64,000 nt of DNA from an uncultured delta proteobacterium (GTDB lineage Bacteria > Desulfobacterota > Binatia > UBA9968). Where the stretch lies: positions 1 to 64,000 of the forward strand of contig CAWJBB010000051.1 of the NCBI GenBank assembly GCA_963840855.1, in the 5' to 3' direction. The position numbers and the translations under genes were made by a program. Shown piece by piece: positions 9,232 to 20,471 of this stretch. The notes under the pieces were generated by a model. The model searched no databases. It was not told the origin of the DNA and saw only the letters and a program-made list of their open reading frames with translations. Every line of letters starts with the position of its first letter. Position 1 is the first letter of the stretch.

Positions 9232-12163
9232 CTAGAACACCTCGCGCCAACCGACGAGTTTCTTCGTCGATAACGCCGGCACCGGCGTATTGGTCACCTG
9301 CTGGTTGGTGGTTCCAGTGATAATGTAGGGATTGCCAATGTTGCCGTTCTGATCGATTGTCACGATGGGCCGCGACGGTATGCCAGTCCCGATATTCTTA
9401 GCCGCCGCGGCGGCCGCCGTGCCCGCCGGCAAGGCCCCGCCGGATGTCAAATCGATGGCCGCATCGCCCGTCGTCAGATTGACCGCATAGAGTTTCGCGT
9501 CGCCCCCGCCGCCACCGCAGACCGTGGCCGTGGTCGGGGTGAAGGTCGTGAAGAACACTATGCTGGCGAACGCATCCGCCGACGAGAGGACTTTTTCGTT
9601 TGCGCCCAGCGCGATGTAGTAACCCTGGGTTACCGTGCCGGTTCCGGAGGTGAAATTGGTCAATGACGATTCCTGAAAGTAACTACCTTGGGTCATGACC
9701 GCAGCGCCGTTCACCTCAGTGGTATCTTTAATGCCGTAGAAGCGGTTCGTGCTGTTGTTATTCGGGTGGTTACGGTCGCCGGTACCGAAGTAAACCCAGA
9801 GATTTTTCGCCGAATCCAGAGCCAGCGCGGGCGGAGTGTAAATCCCCTGCGCGGGGTAATATTCGCCGGCGGCAGGCGGGTTGGTCTGGGACGGCGCGCC
9901 GACGAAGAAACGCTTTCCTATCTGGGCTTGATTCCAATTCGTGATGACGCCGCCGGAGATCGTCGCCGGAGTTGATAAGTCGAACTTCCACAGCTGCCCG
10001 CCCACGTCGCCGATGAAGACGCGGTCAACATGGCCGTCGCTATTCAAATCCACCGCCCTCGGTGAAGCGGCGAGGCTGAAGTTCATGTATTGGCGGTCGT
10101 CGGAAACCAAACCGGGGTTATAGTATTCCCAGAGCTTGGTGCCGTTATCGAGGTCGACGACGTAGAATGCTTTGCCGGAACTGTTATTCGCCGCCGTGTC
10201 GTAGCCGCCGCCGACGAAGGCGACGTATTTGCTCGTGCCGTCAGATAACTTGATTCTGCCGATGACCGGCTCCGACCACGTCTCGCCCATTTTAGCGTCG
10301 GTGAAGCTCCACTTATAGAGAGGGTTGGTCGTGTCCGTGACATCCAGCGCGTAGTAATTTTTTCCACCGCGCCGTTGGCCAAAGAGGACAATGGTTTTCC
10401 AGGCGGGGGTTGCGCCGATTTTTGCGTCGGCGGCGATGGGACTGCCATCGACGAGAAAATCATGCTGCGCGGAAATAGCGGTCAGGTCTTTCAAATCGTC
10501 GAGCTGATCGGGAGGAATGAAACCCCAAAGCTCCGCGCCGTCGCTCTCTCGGAATGCATGTAACATGCCGTCGTTGGCTCCAGCGAGTAAGACCGTCGTG
10601 CGGCTTGCGTTCGCGCTCTTGAACGTATTGTAGCTCGCATCGGTGGTCGCCGCGAAAGGTGGCCGCACCAATACCGGCGTGGAGTGAAAAATATCACCCA
10701 GCTTCCATTGCTTCTCCTCGCTAGAATTGTCGTCGACGTCTTCGTCGTAGGTATCGATGCCCCGGGTAAAGTTGATGATTTTATCCTTCTCTGAGCTTGA
10801 CGACGCATTCACCATAACATTAGTAATGCTCGCGTTGCCGGTTGTGAAATCATGGCGGGTACCGCCAATGATAGTGTAGATCGTCCTGCTGGACGCCGGC
10901 TTATTGACGCTCAGCTCATTGCCGGCATCCCACTGGAGGGCTGACACCAGGGGAATACCGTTGGCATCCACCTGGATGAGACCATCCGCGTCCCGATTGT
11001 AAGCTTTGAGAAATCCGCGCCAGAAGGGCCGTGTCGGGTTGGACTGAAACGATGCCAGATAGGCTCGCGCAACGCCGCTTGTTCCCGTGGTCGGCACAAC
11101 GGGCGTGGCGAAAGAGAAAGTCGCCGCTAGAATCTGGCTGATGGCGTCTTGCAGCGCCTGCTCTAGCTGTGCGGAGTCGTCGGAATAGAAAAAGGATCCG
11201 CCGCCATTGTCGGCTGCGGTTTGCAGCACGTCGTTGGCCGCCGCTTTCTCGCCCGGGGGAATACCAAAGCCGACCGTGTGCACGATGACGTTCTGCATGC
11301 CAGTGAACCAGGATGCATGATCGTTGTTATACCGGTTAGTCGCGATATCGCGAACATCCAGAGACCCGTTCTGTAACCCGTCGGTCATGAGGATGACGAA
11401 ATTGGGCTGGCAAGCATACTGGATCGGACTGGTATAGGTAATCCCATTGCGCAGCGTCTCACCGCGGTAGTACCTGCCCCCGTCACTCAGAAACTCACCC
11501 AGTGGTGTATATCCGCTAGGGTTGATGTTGTTAATGGCGATGATCATTGTCGACTTCGCGGTTCCGATGGTGCCAACCATCCCGCCACCGCCGTTGCCCT
11601 GGGTTCCATTATTGGAGAATTTCATTACGCCGAAGCGGACCCCGTTGGTGTTATTGATGATGTTTCCTACCACGCGCTTGGCGATGACGATCTTGGCTTC
11701 TAGAATCGAACAGGTCGTGCAAGCTAGGTAGTTCAGGTAATTCCCATAGAAAAGGGCGACGCTCGATCCGCCGATGTTCCCGGTCCAATACCCTGTCGTC
11801 GTGGCCAGCTTCGGGAGAGGCGTGCAGCGCGTCCCGGGCCGCAGCATTGGGAACTTCGGCGACGGTGTCTTTATAAACTTTGTAACAAGGCCGGGGTAGT
11901 GAACCGCAGGCCGATGTTGTGGTGTACTTCCGGTACACCTTCGTTTCGGTATAGGGCGCCGGAGTGGTGTAAACTGTGGCAGAAGCATATGGGTGCGAAA
12001 ATATTTCATCATCCATGCTGCCCGAGCTGTCAAAAAGGATCAGGACGTTGGGCTGAATGTTGGTGCCGAATATATCGCTATCGTCGGCCAGCAGCGCCGT
12101 GAGATTCCAGGAGTTCCACAAGAGAATCGACAATATTTGCAAAATCGCGATCGTTTTTTTCAT
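9232..12163 (-). CDS. pilY1: PilY1/PilC pilus tip adhesin (vWA plus beta-propeller); one frameshift near 11815
   Basis: Signal peptide, LILFDSSGSM MIDAS motif, LGDIFHS, GANDGMLHAF, ETWSEP, Ca-binding loop DLNSDGHVD, C-terminal WREVF; split over ORFs 11651..12247 and 9232..12033. Confidence 0.9.
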
Positions 12164-12173
12164 TGTCTCTCCC

Positions 12174-12665
12174 TTATTGCGCCACGGGACCGAAGAGCGC
12201 CTGAGCTTGAACTGACCTTCCCGCCAATTCGGTCGCCGCGACTTCATAGGTCCCGGTAACGCTCAATTGATACTGGTAGAAACTGTAGCCGTTCGATTCA
12301 TTGTAACCGGGAAGGCCCGAGCTGAGGCTGTCACCAGTCCCCGCCCTCGTGCCTACAAACTGCGCCACCGGGCCTGGAATGGTTCGGCTACCGCCCCGAT
12401 ATTTTAGTTTGCCGTCACCGTTGAGATCTCGGGTTACAGTTATGGCTTCCACCGCAGATTGATTCGCACTAAGCAGACTGACTGCCTCGCCGAGCCCGGC
12501 ATCGGCCGCGTAAAAGGCCCGCGTTCCCTGCTGGTAGTTACCCGTGATCTTGGTGTTGATGCCGCTGAACAGTAGACCGGCGCCGATTACGGTCAGTAGG
12601 ATCGCCATGGTCATAAGAACGACGACCAGCGTGAGCCCTTTATTATCCCTGAGCTTCGCTCTCAT
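12174..12665 (-). CDS. PilX-like minor pilin (cassette 1)
   Basis: NKG|LTLVVVLMTMA; AFYAADAG. Confidence 0.85.
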   Translation of the reverse strand: MRAKLRDNKGLTLVVVLMTMAILLTVIGAGLLFSGINTKITGNYQQGTRAFYAADAGLGEAVSLLSANQSAVEAITVTRDLNGDGKLKYRGGSRTIPGPVAQFVGTRAGTGDSLSSGLPGYNESNGYSFYQYQLSVTGTYEVAATELAGRSVQAQALFGPVAQ

Positions 12666-12708
12666 GGTTGGTGCCTTTCACAAAATTTAAAGCGTCTCGA
12701 ATGGCAGA

Positions 12709-13341
12709 TTAGAGGCCGTGGTTGCGTAGATCGGCGGTGGAATTCATTGTTATGTTCGTGAGCCCGCCGAATTGTGCGTCTTTACTTTTAGCTTGAACCG
12801 TTACAGAAATAGCGATTTTCTGCACGGTGCCCAAATTCGAAGACAACGTACCGCTGCATCCAGACGGAACGCCGGCAGAGATGCAGTAAGGCGAAGGAGC
12901 AGTCGCCGAAGTCTGTTGCGGGTAATAAGTGAATGTGACGGCAGTAGCGTTGCCCTCGGTGAGTTCCGCGCCATTGCGCAGGATATTCTTGTTCGTACCG
13001 TCGTAAGTAAAAGAAATGTCCTGTTCGCAAACCCCGTCATTGTTCGCATCGTATACCAGCCTAAAACTGTCGGCCGTGGCGGCGACGATTCCGCCGGTGT
13101 TGGCGACGTTTGTGCAGGGGGTGCCGTTATTGGGGAAATACCCGGTGTTGCGAATCTCCCGCACTATTAAATCCAACACGGACATCGCGTACTCATGGGC
13201 CTCCATGCGGCTTTCCTGTCCCTTGGTGGTATGCGTCTGGGCACGGAAGAAACCATAGACCGACGCGAGGACGGCCAGGGAAAAACCCATGGCGACCACG
13301 AGCTCGATCAAACTAAAGCCGGCTTGCTTATTCAGTCTCAT
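12709..13341 (-). CDS. PilW-like minor pilin (cassette 1)
   Basis: QAG|FSLIELVVAM; REIRNTGY; C-terminal LRN. Confidence 0.87.
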   Translation of the reverse strand: MRLNKQAGFSLIELVVAMGFSLAVLASVYGFFRAQTHTTKGQESRMEAHEYAMSVLDLIVREIRNTGYFPNNGTPCTNVANTGGIVAATADSFRLVYDANNDGVCEQDISFTYDGTNKNILRNGAELTEGNATAVTFTYYPQQTSATAPSPYCISAGVPSGCSGTLSSNLGTVQKIAISVTVQAKSKDAQFGGLTNITMNSTADLRNHGL

Positions 13342-13387
13342 TGCATCGCTTCCCCATCCGTTTCGAGTTTTTACTCAGTCTGAACGG

Positions 13388-13789
13388 TCACTGCGGAACC
13401 GCGGCGGTAAAGGTCAAAGTGCGGCTCCCGTGATCGGTCCAATCGACCTTGACGTCAATACGGTTCACTCCGACGACGGGAGAGTTAGCGGCAAACCACC
13501 ATCTGCGACCATAAGTCAGCCCGGAAGCCGAGAAATTATCGTTACATCCGCTGGAAGACACAGAAGTACATGTGGCCACCAGCGCCGTCAGCGTGGCAGG
13601 GTTCATCGCTTTAAGTTCTTCGAGCCGCGCCTGCGCGACGTTGATCGCGGTGGCGCGCAACTGACTGTCGGCGTTCGTGCGCGTGAGGGTCACAGTGCCG
13701 ATGGCAAGCCCCAACACGGCGAAGGAAAAAATCGTGAGCGACACGAGAATCTCGATCAGCGTAAAGCCTTGGTTTTTTTGAATCCGCAT
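13388..13789 (-). CDS. PilV-like minor pilin (cassette 1)
   Basis: NQG|FTLIEILVSL; AINVAQARLEELK; VKVDW. Confidence 0.87.
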   Translation of the reverse strand: MRIQKNQGFTLIEILVSLTIFSFAVLGLAIGTVTLTRTNADSQLRATAINVAQARLEELKAMNPATLTALVATCTSVSSSGCNDNFSASGLTYGRRWWFAANSPVVGVNRIDVKVDWTDHGSRTLTFTAAVPQ

Positions 13790-13801
13790 ATGCCCCACCA
13801 A

Positions 13802-14251
13802 CTACGAGCACGCACCATCTTGGATATTGACCCGCCCTATGATGTTCACGCAGACAAATTTTTGCGACGTGCCGTTGCTGAGCGTTATCGCCGCCGCCGT
13901 GGTTACCGTGCCGCGAGGTTCAAAGCGCGCCGCCGTAGCCGCCGTCGCTGTGATGCCCGCCGGTAAGCCGATATTGCCGCTGTCGTTGGCACAAGCGCCG
14001 TTGCAGTGCTGCAGAACGTAACTGCTGGTTGAAAAAGAGATTTGTTGCGGGATGCCCTTCGCGATGGCTTTCATGCGCACATGCTGCAGCTCGGTCGCCA
14101 CCTGGCGCGCCGCGTCCGCTAGCCGGAGCCCCGGCAGTGTTCGGGTGAAAGCAGGAAAGCCGATGGCGGCCAGAATCCCTATAACGGAAATCGCGGTCAT
14201 CATTTCGGCCATTGTAAAACCTGCGGAATTTATCTTGCAAAAATTACGCAT
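13802..14251 (-). CDS. FimT/FimU-like minor pilin (cassette 1)
   Basis: SAG|FTMAEMMTAI; FEPRGT; IIGRV; start chosen from the AGGA RBS. Confidence 0.85.
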   Translation of the reverse strand: MRNFCKINSAGFTMAEMMTAISVIGILAAIGFPAFTRTLPGLRLADAARQVATELQHVRMKAIAKGIPQQISFSTSSYVLQHCNGACANDSGNIGLPAGITATAATAARFEPRGTVTTAAAITLSNGTSQKFVCVNIIGRVNIQDGACS

Positions 14252-14284
14252 ACACCAGGTCCTTTTCATCTGCCCGCGGTAGTC

Positions 14285-14300
14285 AGCCAAAAGCGTGCCA
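14285..14300 (-). promoter_or_regulatory. Putative sigma54 (-24/-12) promoter of pilin cassette 1
   Basis: Minus strand TGGCACGCTTTTGGCT matches TGGCAC with GG-N10-GC spacing. Confidence 0.65.
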
Positions 14301-14455
14301 CGGCTCGTAAGTAGGTTATCGGCGCTAGCCGGTTATGGTTTAATTGGGAATTTCACGACGCTTTGAGACGGATTCTCGGGCAAGTATTGGGGCCGAAGGG
14401 AGTGACGAAACGTGTCATATTGACAAAAAATGTTCGGCCAAGATACGTGTGTTCG

Positions 14456-15268
14456 CTAATTGAAGTAAAATGCAACGAGTTCCCTGCCAAAGAAAAGATG
14501 CAAGGTAGCCCCGAGGCACAAGAAGGGAGCGAAGGGAAGCGCAAGGCGCCTGCCGGCGCCGGTGGCGAGCATAACCCCGAGGCCGACAACCGAACCCGCC
14601 AATGAAGCGAGGAAGATCGTGAAGGGAACAGAAGGCCAACCTAGAAACGCGCCGATCATGGCCAAGAGCTTGATGTCGCCACCGCCCATTCCGTCTACTC
14701 CCGTCACGTGCTCATATATCCACGCCACCGCATAGAGAAAACCCCCTCCGGCCAGGATACCGATTAGCGCGCTTAAAGGAGTCGGAATTACCTCCGACGG
14801 ATCGGCGATCCCATACTTCGCCGCGAGGGAAATTAACAGTCCGGCGGCAATTCCCGGCAGGCTGATCACGTCGGGGACGATCCGCACATCCAAGTCAATA
14901 AAGGAAATCACGATCAAAGCCGCGACAAAAATGAAAGCGGCAAAAAAGGCCAGACCCATGCCAATGTGGAAGTAAAGTGCCGCTGCCAATGAACCCATAA
15001 GTACTTCGACGAACAAATAGCGTGGCGAAATCCGCTCCCCGCAAGACCGGCAACGGCCTCGCAGAACCAGATAGCTCAGAATGGGAATATTGTCGTAAAA
15101 AGGAATGGATTTCTTGCACTTGGGACAGTGCGACGGCGGGCGCACCACCGACTCGCCGGTGGGTATGCGCGCGATGCAGACGTTGAGGAAACTGCCTACC
15201 ATGGTACCGAAGAGGAAGGTGATCACGGCAATCAAAGCCGTGGAGTCTAAATAAACATCAGATATCAT
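14456..15268 (-). CDS. pilD: Prepilin peptidase / N-methyltransferase
   Basis: GSFLNVCIAR, SHCPKC..GRCRSC, FIDLD, GMGGGDIKL, PFAPFL. Confidence 0.96.
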   Translation of the reverse strand: MISDVYLDSTALIAVITFLFGTMVGSFLNVCIARIPTGESVVRPPSHCPKCKKSIPFYDNIPILSYLVLRGRCRSCGERISPRYLFVEVLMGSLAAALYFHIGMGLAFFAAFIFVAALIVISFIDLDVRIVPDVISLPGIAAGLLISLAAKYGIADPSEVIPTPLSALIGILAGGGFLYAVAWIYEHVTGVDGMGGGDIKLLAMIGAFLGWPSVPFTIFLASLAGSVVGLGVMLATGAGRRLALPFAPFLCLGATLHLFFGRELVAFYFN

Positions 15269-15316
15269 GCTGCGTTTGGTCCGTCCGATTAATAGTCCCT
15301 ATAGCCGTGTCTAATT

Positions 15317-16243
15317 TTGCTGTTCGCTGGTATCATTGGCCTTGAGTTCGCCACAATGAACCATCGGGTTTGTGCGATTATTCTAGATTACCGCGCTGCC
15401 GGCAAGACCGAGACCTGCCTTAAATCTCTTATCGGCCAGGCCCTCGCAACCGTTTACCTCGTGGATAATTCTGCTTCAGAGCGCGCGTCGACGGAACTTC
15501 TGGAGGCCGTTGACCGGTTGCGTCCGGCCGTCGATTTTAACATAGTAACTCTCAATGCCGGGGAAAACCTCGGTTTCGCTAAAGGAGTCAACTATGCCCT
15601 CCGCCATGACCTGCGCTCTCCATCGCCGCATGACTACTACCTGCTGTTGAACAATGACGCCATAGCGGGTCCTTCCGTGGTGCAGGGATTGGTAAAAGCG
15701 ATCGAGCGCGCCCCGCGGATCGCGTTGGTCTCGCCCAGAATCGTCTCCAATGAGCCGGGACGCGAGTATGGCATCTGGTATCACCGTTATTTAGGCTTAC
15801 TCCTATCAAATCCTGGGCGACTTCGTTTTCACTATTTCACCGGCTGCTGCCTGCTGTTTCGCAATCAACTAGTCGATGACAAAGGGCTCTTCGACGAAGC
15901 GTTTTTCATGTACGGCGAGGACGCCGAACTCGCCTGGCGCCTGACACGCCAGGGAAAACATATGGTCTGTGCCGAAGAGGTATTTGTGGAGCATGAGTAC
16001 GGCCCTTCCGTGGACCGCTCAAGTTTTTTTTATGAATGCCACATGGCGCGCGGACATTTGCTGTTGAGCTGGAAGACATTTACGCATCCCGCCGAGATTC
16101 CGTTTCTTATATTATCCAAACTCATTGGCCTGGGCGGACGCGCTCTCGCGCGCTGCTGCCGGTACCGAACAAGCTCACCCTTCGCGGCTTTTTGTCTCGC
16201 GTGGCTCCCCACTAGGAGGCTCAATCGTTATCTTTCAATATAG
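15317..16243 (+). CDS. GT2 glycosyltransferase (rhamnosyltransferase-like)
   Basis: VDNS, NLGFAKGVN, LLNND, FDEAFFMYGEDAE. Confidence 0.9.
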   Translation: MLFAGIIGLEFATMNHRVCAIILDYRAAGKTETCLKSLIGQALATVYLVDNSASERASTELLEAVDRLRPAVDFNIVTLNAGENLGFAKGVNYALRHDLRSPSPHDYYLLLNNDAIAGPSVVQGLVKAIERAPRIALVSPRIVSNEPGREYGIWYHRYLGLLLSNPGRLRFHYFTGCCLLFRNQLVDDKGLFDEAFFMYGEDAELAWRLTRQGKHMVCAEEVFVEHEYGPSVDRSSFFYECHMARGHLLLSWKTFTHPAEIPFLILSKLIGLGGRALARCCRYRTSSPFAAFCLAWLPTRRLNRYLSI

Positions 16244-16313
16244 CCGCCATTCGCCGTGAACGGCGGGAAGCAGTTCAGCCAACGGTGCGGATCTTCCGGA
16301 GAATTTCAGCGGC

Positions 16314-17249
16314 TTAGCTCTCTTTGCGAAGCCAAATACTTCCCCCTGGGTTCTTGAGGCAAAGGGGCATGGTTTGCCGCAGGAATTCCTTGTAAAACCG
16401 ATGGAGGAATGTATTCATCAAGACGATGCGGAAAGATCCGTTGTATTGTAAGAACGCCCGCAGAAGATAAGCTTCATTCCAGGCTCTGCCTTCGTAAATC
16501 CATTCCCTCGGGTATTCGAATGGATAAAAAATATCGTGGAAATGGATAAACACACCATTGTTAATTCGTGGCAAGATCTCGAAAAATAATCGATTTACAT
16601 CGCTGTAGACTTTGCTCACATGGGTGGAATCAATGAAAAGGATGTCACCGGCCTCCAATGATTCGAATTCCGCGAGATCGACATCCTGAATCCGACTGCC
16701 AATGATCCTAATTTTCTGCCTATCCTGGTCGTGGATTAGAGACAAGAGGAGTTCCGGATAAGGATCGATAAAGGTGGTCGCAATGGTTCCGTTAAAATAT
16801 AAGTCATTGGTATCCAGGGTAACGCATGAGGAATATCCAGAACCTACTTCCATGATTTTTCTGGGCATTACATACCGAATCATGCAATAAAGAAAAATTG
16901 CATCAGAATACGAGTAAGCAGGATTCGCAAAGAAAAATCTCAAATTCGGCGTTTTTTCCTCCGGAAAAGGCAATTCGTCGTAATACTTCTTGAAATTGCC
17001 TAAAAGCAGGACCTGTTCTTCCTCGTGAAAATCTATACCGAAAACACGCTGGGATACGTCCCCGAATATAGCGTGCTCGTTCGATCGGATATCGTCCAAC
17101 GCGGGAATCGGCGAGTAGAAATGCCCCGGCGGCACGAACTGGCGCCCGCCATTTACTGGCCTCGGCCCCCAATTCTCCCACTTATGCTTCCAAAGATTGC
17201 GTGCTCTTCGGAGTGAGATTCTCAAATATGATTCAAAATCGTAGAGCAT
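16314..17249 (-). CDS. Class I SAM methyltransferase-like protein
   Basis: PGHFYSPIP, IMEVGSGYSS, LFIDSTH, IHFHDIF, WNEAY. Confidence 0.85.
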   Translation of the reverse strand: MLYDFESYLRISLRRARNLWKHKWENWGPRPVNGGRQFVPPGHFYSPIPALDDIRSNEHAIFGDVSQRVFGIDFHEEEQVLLLGNFKKYYDELPFPEEKTPNLRFFFANPAYSYSDAIFLYCMIRYVMPRKIMEVGSGYSSCVTLDTNDLYFNGTIATTFIDPYPELLLSLIHDQDRQKIRIIGSRIQDVDLAEFESLEAGDILFIDSTHVSKVYSDVNRLFFEILPRINNGVFIHFHDIFYPFEYPREWIYEGRAWNEAYLLRAFLQYNGSFRIVLMNTFLHRFYKEFLRQTMPLCLKNPGGSIWLRKES

Positions 17250-17342
17250 CCGCGAATACTAGATTTTACGATTCGAGTGCCTTAGTTTGTCTCCAGGACG
17301 ACTCTTGAAAGCAGTTTCCCTTAGTAACAACCAAAACACTCA

Positions 17343-18170
17343 TCACCGCTTGCGACAAATAAAAAGGTCCTTCGTCGGCATCCCGCCGTGGTTGTCAGGT
17401 TGGCCGTCAAATTTAACTTCAAATCCCAAATCCTTCAATTGTTCAATCAATTCATTTCCATAAATACGGTAGACGAGTATGCCTTTCCCCGAAACAGGAT
17501 CGCCATGATACTCATTTTCCATCAAAGCAACGTCTTGCGTTCCCGATGAATCCACCCGAATTTGATTCTTTTCCCATTGGGGCACGAACGGCACGGTAAA
17601 AATGTAATGGCCGAATCGTTTTAAGCAACGGTGAATCTCAGCATGGGCCAAGTGATCCCGACGGACATGCTCCATCACATCTGATGTTATGACTACATCG
17701 AAGCTTTCATCTTCAAACGGCATGTGTTCCAGATTGACATTCGTAACGTTCGAGTAAACCTCCGTCCCGAAGTCCCGTTCCGGCAAATAAACCGTTGAAG
17801 AGTAAAAGTTCGCTTTGCTCAAGTACTGAAAAATCGGACTGTAACAATCCGTATCCAACACTTGCGGCCCACCCACCGCCATGGCTAGATCTGCGATGCA
17901 GCGGCAGGAAGAATCCCCAACAACTTGAAGGATGCCACTTGCCAACATTCTAGTTCTTGCCGTTGAACGACAATAGCGACAAAATAGCGATTCACGGTAG
18001 TTCGTCGAGTGCGTCACATAAAATTCGGCGTTTTGGCCGCACACGTTACAAAACCCGAGTGAGTGAATTTTTAGATCAGTTCTGGGCCGGCTCAGACCCG
18101 TTCTAAATTTCAGACGCCGAGCGTGATAACGACCGGCCTGAGCAGCTTTCATTAAGTAGTTTTTCAACAT
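17343..18170 (-). CDS. SAM methyltransferase with an N-terminal Zn ribbon
   Basis: CNVC..CRYC, FEDESFDVVITSDVMEHV, IFTVP. Confidence 0.85.
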   Translation of the reverse strand: MLKNYLMKAAQAGRYHARRLKFRTGLSRPRTDLKIHSLGFCNVCGQNAEFYVTHSTNYRESLFCRYCRSTARTRMLASGILQVVGDSSCRCIADLAMAVGGPQVLDTDCYSPIFQYLSKANFYSSTVYLPERDFGTEVYSNVTNVNLEHMPFEDESFDVVITSDVMEHVRRDHLAHAEIHRCLKRFGHYIFTVPFVPQWEKNQIRVDSSGTQDVALMENEYHGDPVSGKGILVYRIYGNELIEQLKDLGFEVKFDGQPDNHGGMPTKDLFICRKR

Positions 18171-20289
18171 TTTTGGTCACCGCCTCAAACGAAAAGTGCT
18201 TGCCGACTAGACAGCGGCTATTTTCCGACAGTGTCTGCCACATATTTTCATTCAGATAAAGGGATTCGATTGCTTCGGCGAATTCTCGCGGCGCATCCGC
18301 GACCAATGCGCTGACACCGTGCACCAGTCCGGTTCCCTCGACGCCCGTCGAGGTCGCAACTACCGGCAAGCCGTAGCTCATGCTTATCGTTACCTTGCCT
18401 TTAAGACCGGCGCCATACCGAAGAGGCGCGATGGAAACTTTGGCGCAATTCAGATAATCGGACACCTCGGCAACATAACCTGTTACGAATATATCCTCGC
18501 AAGCGAGGTCTTGTATTGATTGGGGCGGGCTACTGCCGACAACATAGAGCTTTACCCCCTCAATTCTCGCCCTCACCAGAGGAAATATTTCGTTGGCAAA
18601 ATAATTCACAGCGTCGACGTTTGGCGGATGATTGAAGCCGCCAAGAAATAGAATATCTTTGCGCCGATGGAAGGGCTTTCCCGATGACGAGATTTGATGA
18701 ATGTTTGGAATCACATGAATTTTGAGCTGTGGGCAATGCTTTTCTAGAATTTCCTTTTCGGCGGCACTGACGACCAAAGTTCTGTCGGCTTTCTTGGCAA
18801 TCCCTAACTCCTGTTCTTGTCGCCATACTGCTCTTCGCTCTAAAATTAAATCCCCCTTAACTTTCGCTTCTCGCTGTTCCCTCAAAAAGTGCAGGTCAAC
18901 TGTATCGTAAAGAATAGTCGCCCGGGGCGCAAACTGCCGCACGGTGTCAATGTGTTTTTCGCTCACATCCGCACGGCTCAAAACAACAACATCGTATTCC
19001 GTGCCGTGTTCCCGTAGATGCTTTTTTATTGATCGCACGAAAGGGCCATAAAGCACTTCTATCCCAGCTGATTGCAGGTCATCGACGTAGGGATGCATTA
19101 ACTTTAGGTTGTCTGGCACGAAGGTTACCTTATGCGATAGGCTCCGCATGAGGAGTAGCAAATTATACATTCTGAGGGATCCGGAATCACGGTTGGGTGT
19201 AGGTAAGCAGGCATCGATGACGAGAATTCGTTTATGAACAAAGCGATCGCTTCGGAGACGGATATTCTTTCCCGGAGAACCGTGGGCGGGTAAAATACTT
19301 CCCCACTTGTCCATAAACTTGTGACGGTTGATTTCTTGGTATTGTTTTACGCCCACCTTGATGTTTGTTCCCGACGAAATTCCTTCGAAATGAATAACGT
19401 TAGATCTTGGCTGGTAAAACACTTTATAGCCGGAGCTTCGAACCTGAAACGCCAGGTCCGTATCTTCATAATAGGCGGGTACATAACGAATATCGAAGCC
19501 GCCGAAGGACCGAAACAATCCAGCACGCACGATAATGCAGGCTCCCGAGCAATAATCGACCTCCCGTGCGTAATTATACTGCGGCTTCCTGGGATCGTCG
19601 AAGCGGCCATAATTCCATCCCGTCGCATCGTTCCAGGTGATCGCCCCCGCCTCCTGCAAACGACCGTCCGGATAGATGAGTTTGGCGCCGACTAACCCCA
19701 CATCAGGGTAGACTCCGAAAGTTCTGACAATTTCAACCAACCAACCACGGGTGACAACCGTATCGTTGTTTAAGAAGAGAAGATATTCCCCCTGGGCGGC
19801 TTGAGCTCCCGTGTTGCAAGAATTCAAAAATCCCTCGTTCCGAGAATTTCGAATCACCCGAATGCCGCTAATCTTGGACAATGTAGCGGTGGTTTCATCC
19901 GTTGAACAATCATCCACGACAATGACTTCAAATGAAATTTCTGAGCTGGTGTCCAATAAAGATTGCAGACAATTGAATGTGTAAAGGTGCTTATTATAGA
20001 CAGGGATGATAATGGAAACCGTCGGCCGGTCGACGACCGGAAACGACAATGGCCTCGTGCGACTGGCGAAACTATAGCTGGGTTTCTTAAAGCCTGGGAA
20101 GTATTTTCCTAATATCGTTTCAAATCTTATGGTTCTTGCGAGCTCGCGAAGTCCTTTTGTGCGCAGTATCTCGAGGCTCACGCGCGCATAACGAAGGTAA
20201 CGAGCAATTATCCTTTTGATTTTCGAGGAAATCTCTTTGCAAACTTTCACGGCACTCGATTCGATTGCAGGAAGCAGTTGTTGAATCAT
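18103..20289 (-). CDS. Bifunctional GT2+GT4 glycosyltransferase
   Basis: VSIIIPVYN, VVDDCS, FLNND, YEDTD; C-terminal HPPNVDA and PLRYGAGLKGK. Confidence 0.92.
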   Translation of the reverse strand: MIQQLLPAIESSAVKVCKEISSKIKRIIARYLRYARVSLEILRTKGLRELARTIRFETILGKYFPGFKKPSYSFASRTRPLSFPVVDRPTVSIIIPVYNKHLYTFNCLQSLLDTSSEISFEVIVVDDCSTDETTATLSKISGIRVIRNSRNEGFLNSCNTGAQAAQGEYLLFLNNDTVVTRGWLVEIVRTFGVYPDVGLVGAKLIYPDGRLQEAGAITWNDATGWNYGRFDDPRKPQYNYAREVDYCSGACIIVRAGLFRSFGGFDIRYVPAYYEDTDLAFQVRSSGYKVFYQPRSNVIHFEGISSGTNIKVGVKQYQEINRHKFMDKWGSILPAHGSPGKNIRLRSDRFVHKRILVIDACLPTPNRDSGSLRMYNLLLLMRSLSHKVTFVPDNLKLMHPYVDDLQSAGIEVLYGPFVRSIKKHLREHGTEYDVVVLSRADVSEKHIDTVRQFAPRATILYDTVDLHFLREQREAKVKGDLILERRAVWRQEQELGIAKKADRTLVVSAAEKEILEKHCPQLKIHVIPNIHQISSSGKPFHRRKDILFLGGFNHPPNVDAVNYFANEIFPLVRARIEGVKLYVVGSSPPQSIQDLACEDIFVTGYVAEVSDYLNCAKVSIAPLRYGAGLKGKVTISMSYGLPVVATSTGVEGTGLVHGVSALVADAPREFAEAIESLYLNENMWQTLSENSRCLVGKHFSFEAVTKNVEKLLNESCSGRSLSRSASEI

Positions 20290-20471
20290 TTCCGCGGTTA
20301 TTCCGTGATCGCAGAATGGTAATTAAGTCTTCGCGACATAAGATCTCAGACAATTGGGAACCTTTGTGAAACCAGCAAGGCTCCCAAAATGTCCGGATAC
20401 GTTATTCCAGAGACCCTATATTCGCTAAATGCATTATCTTACCTAGGTTTCATGCCGTTTCCGGATTTAGT

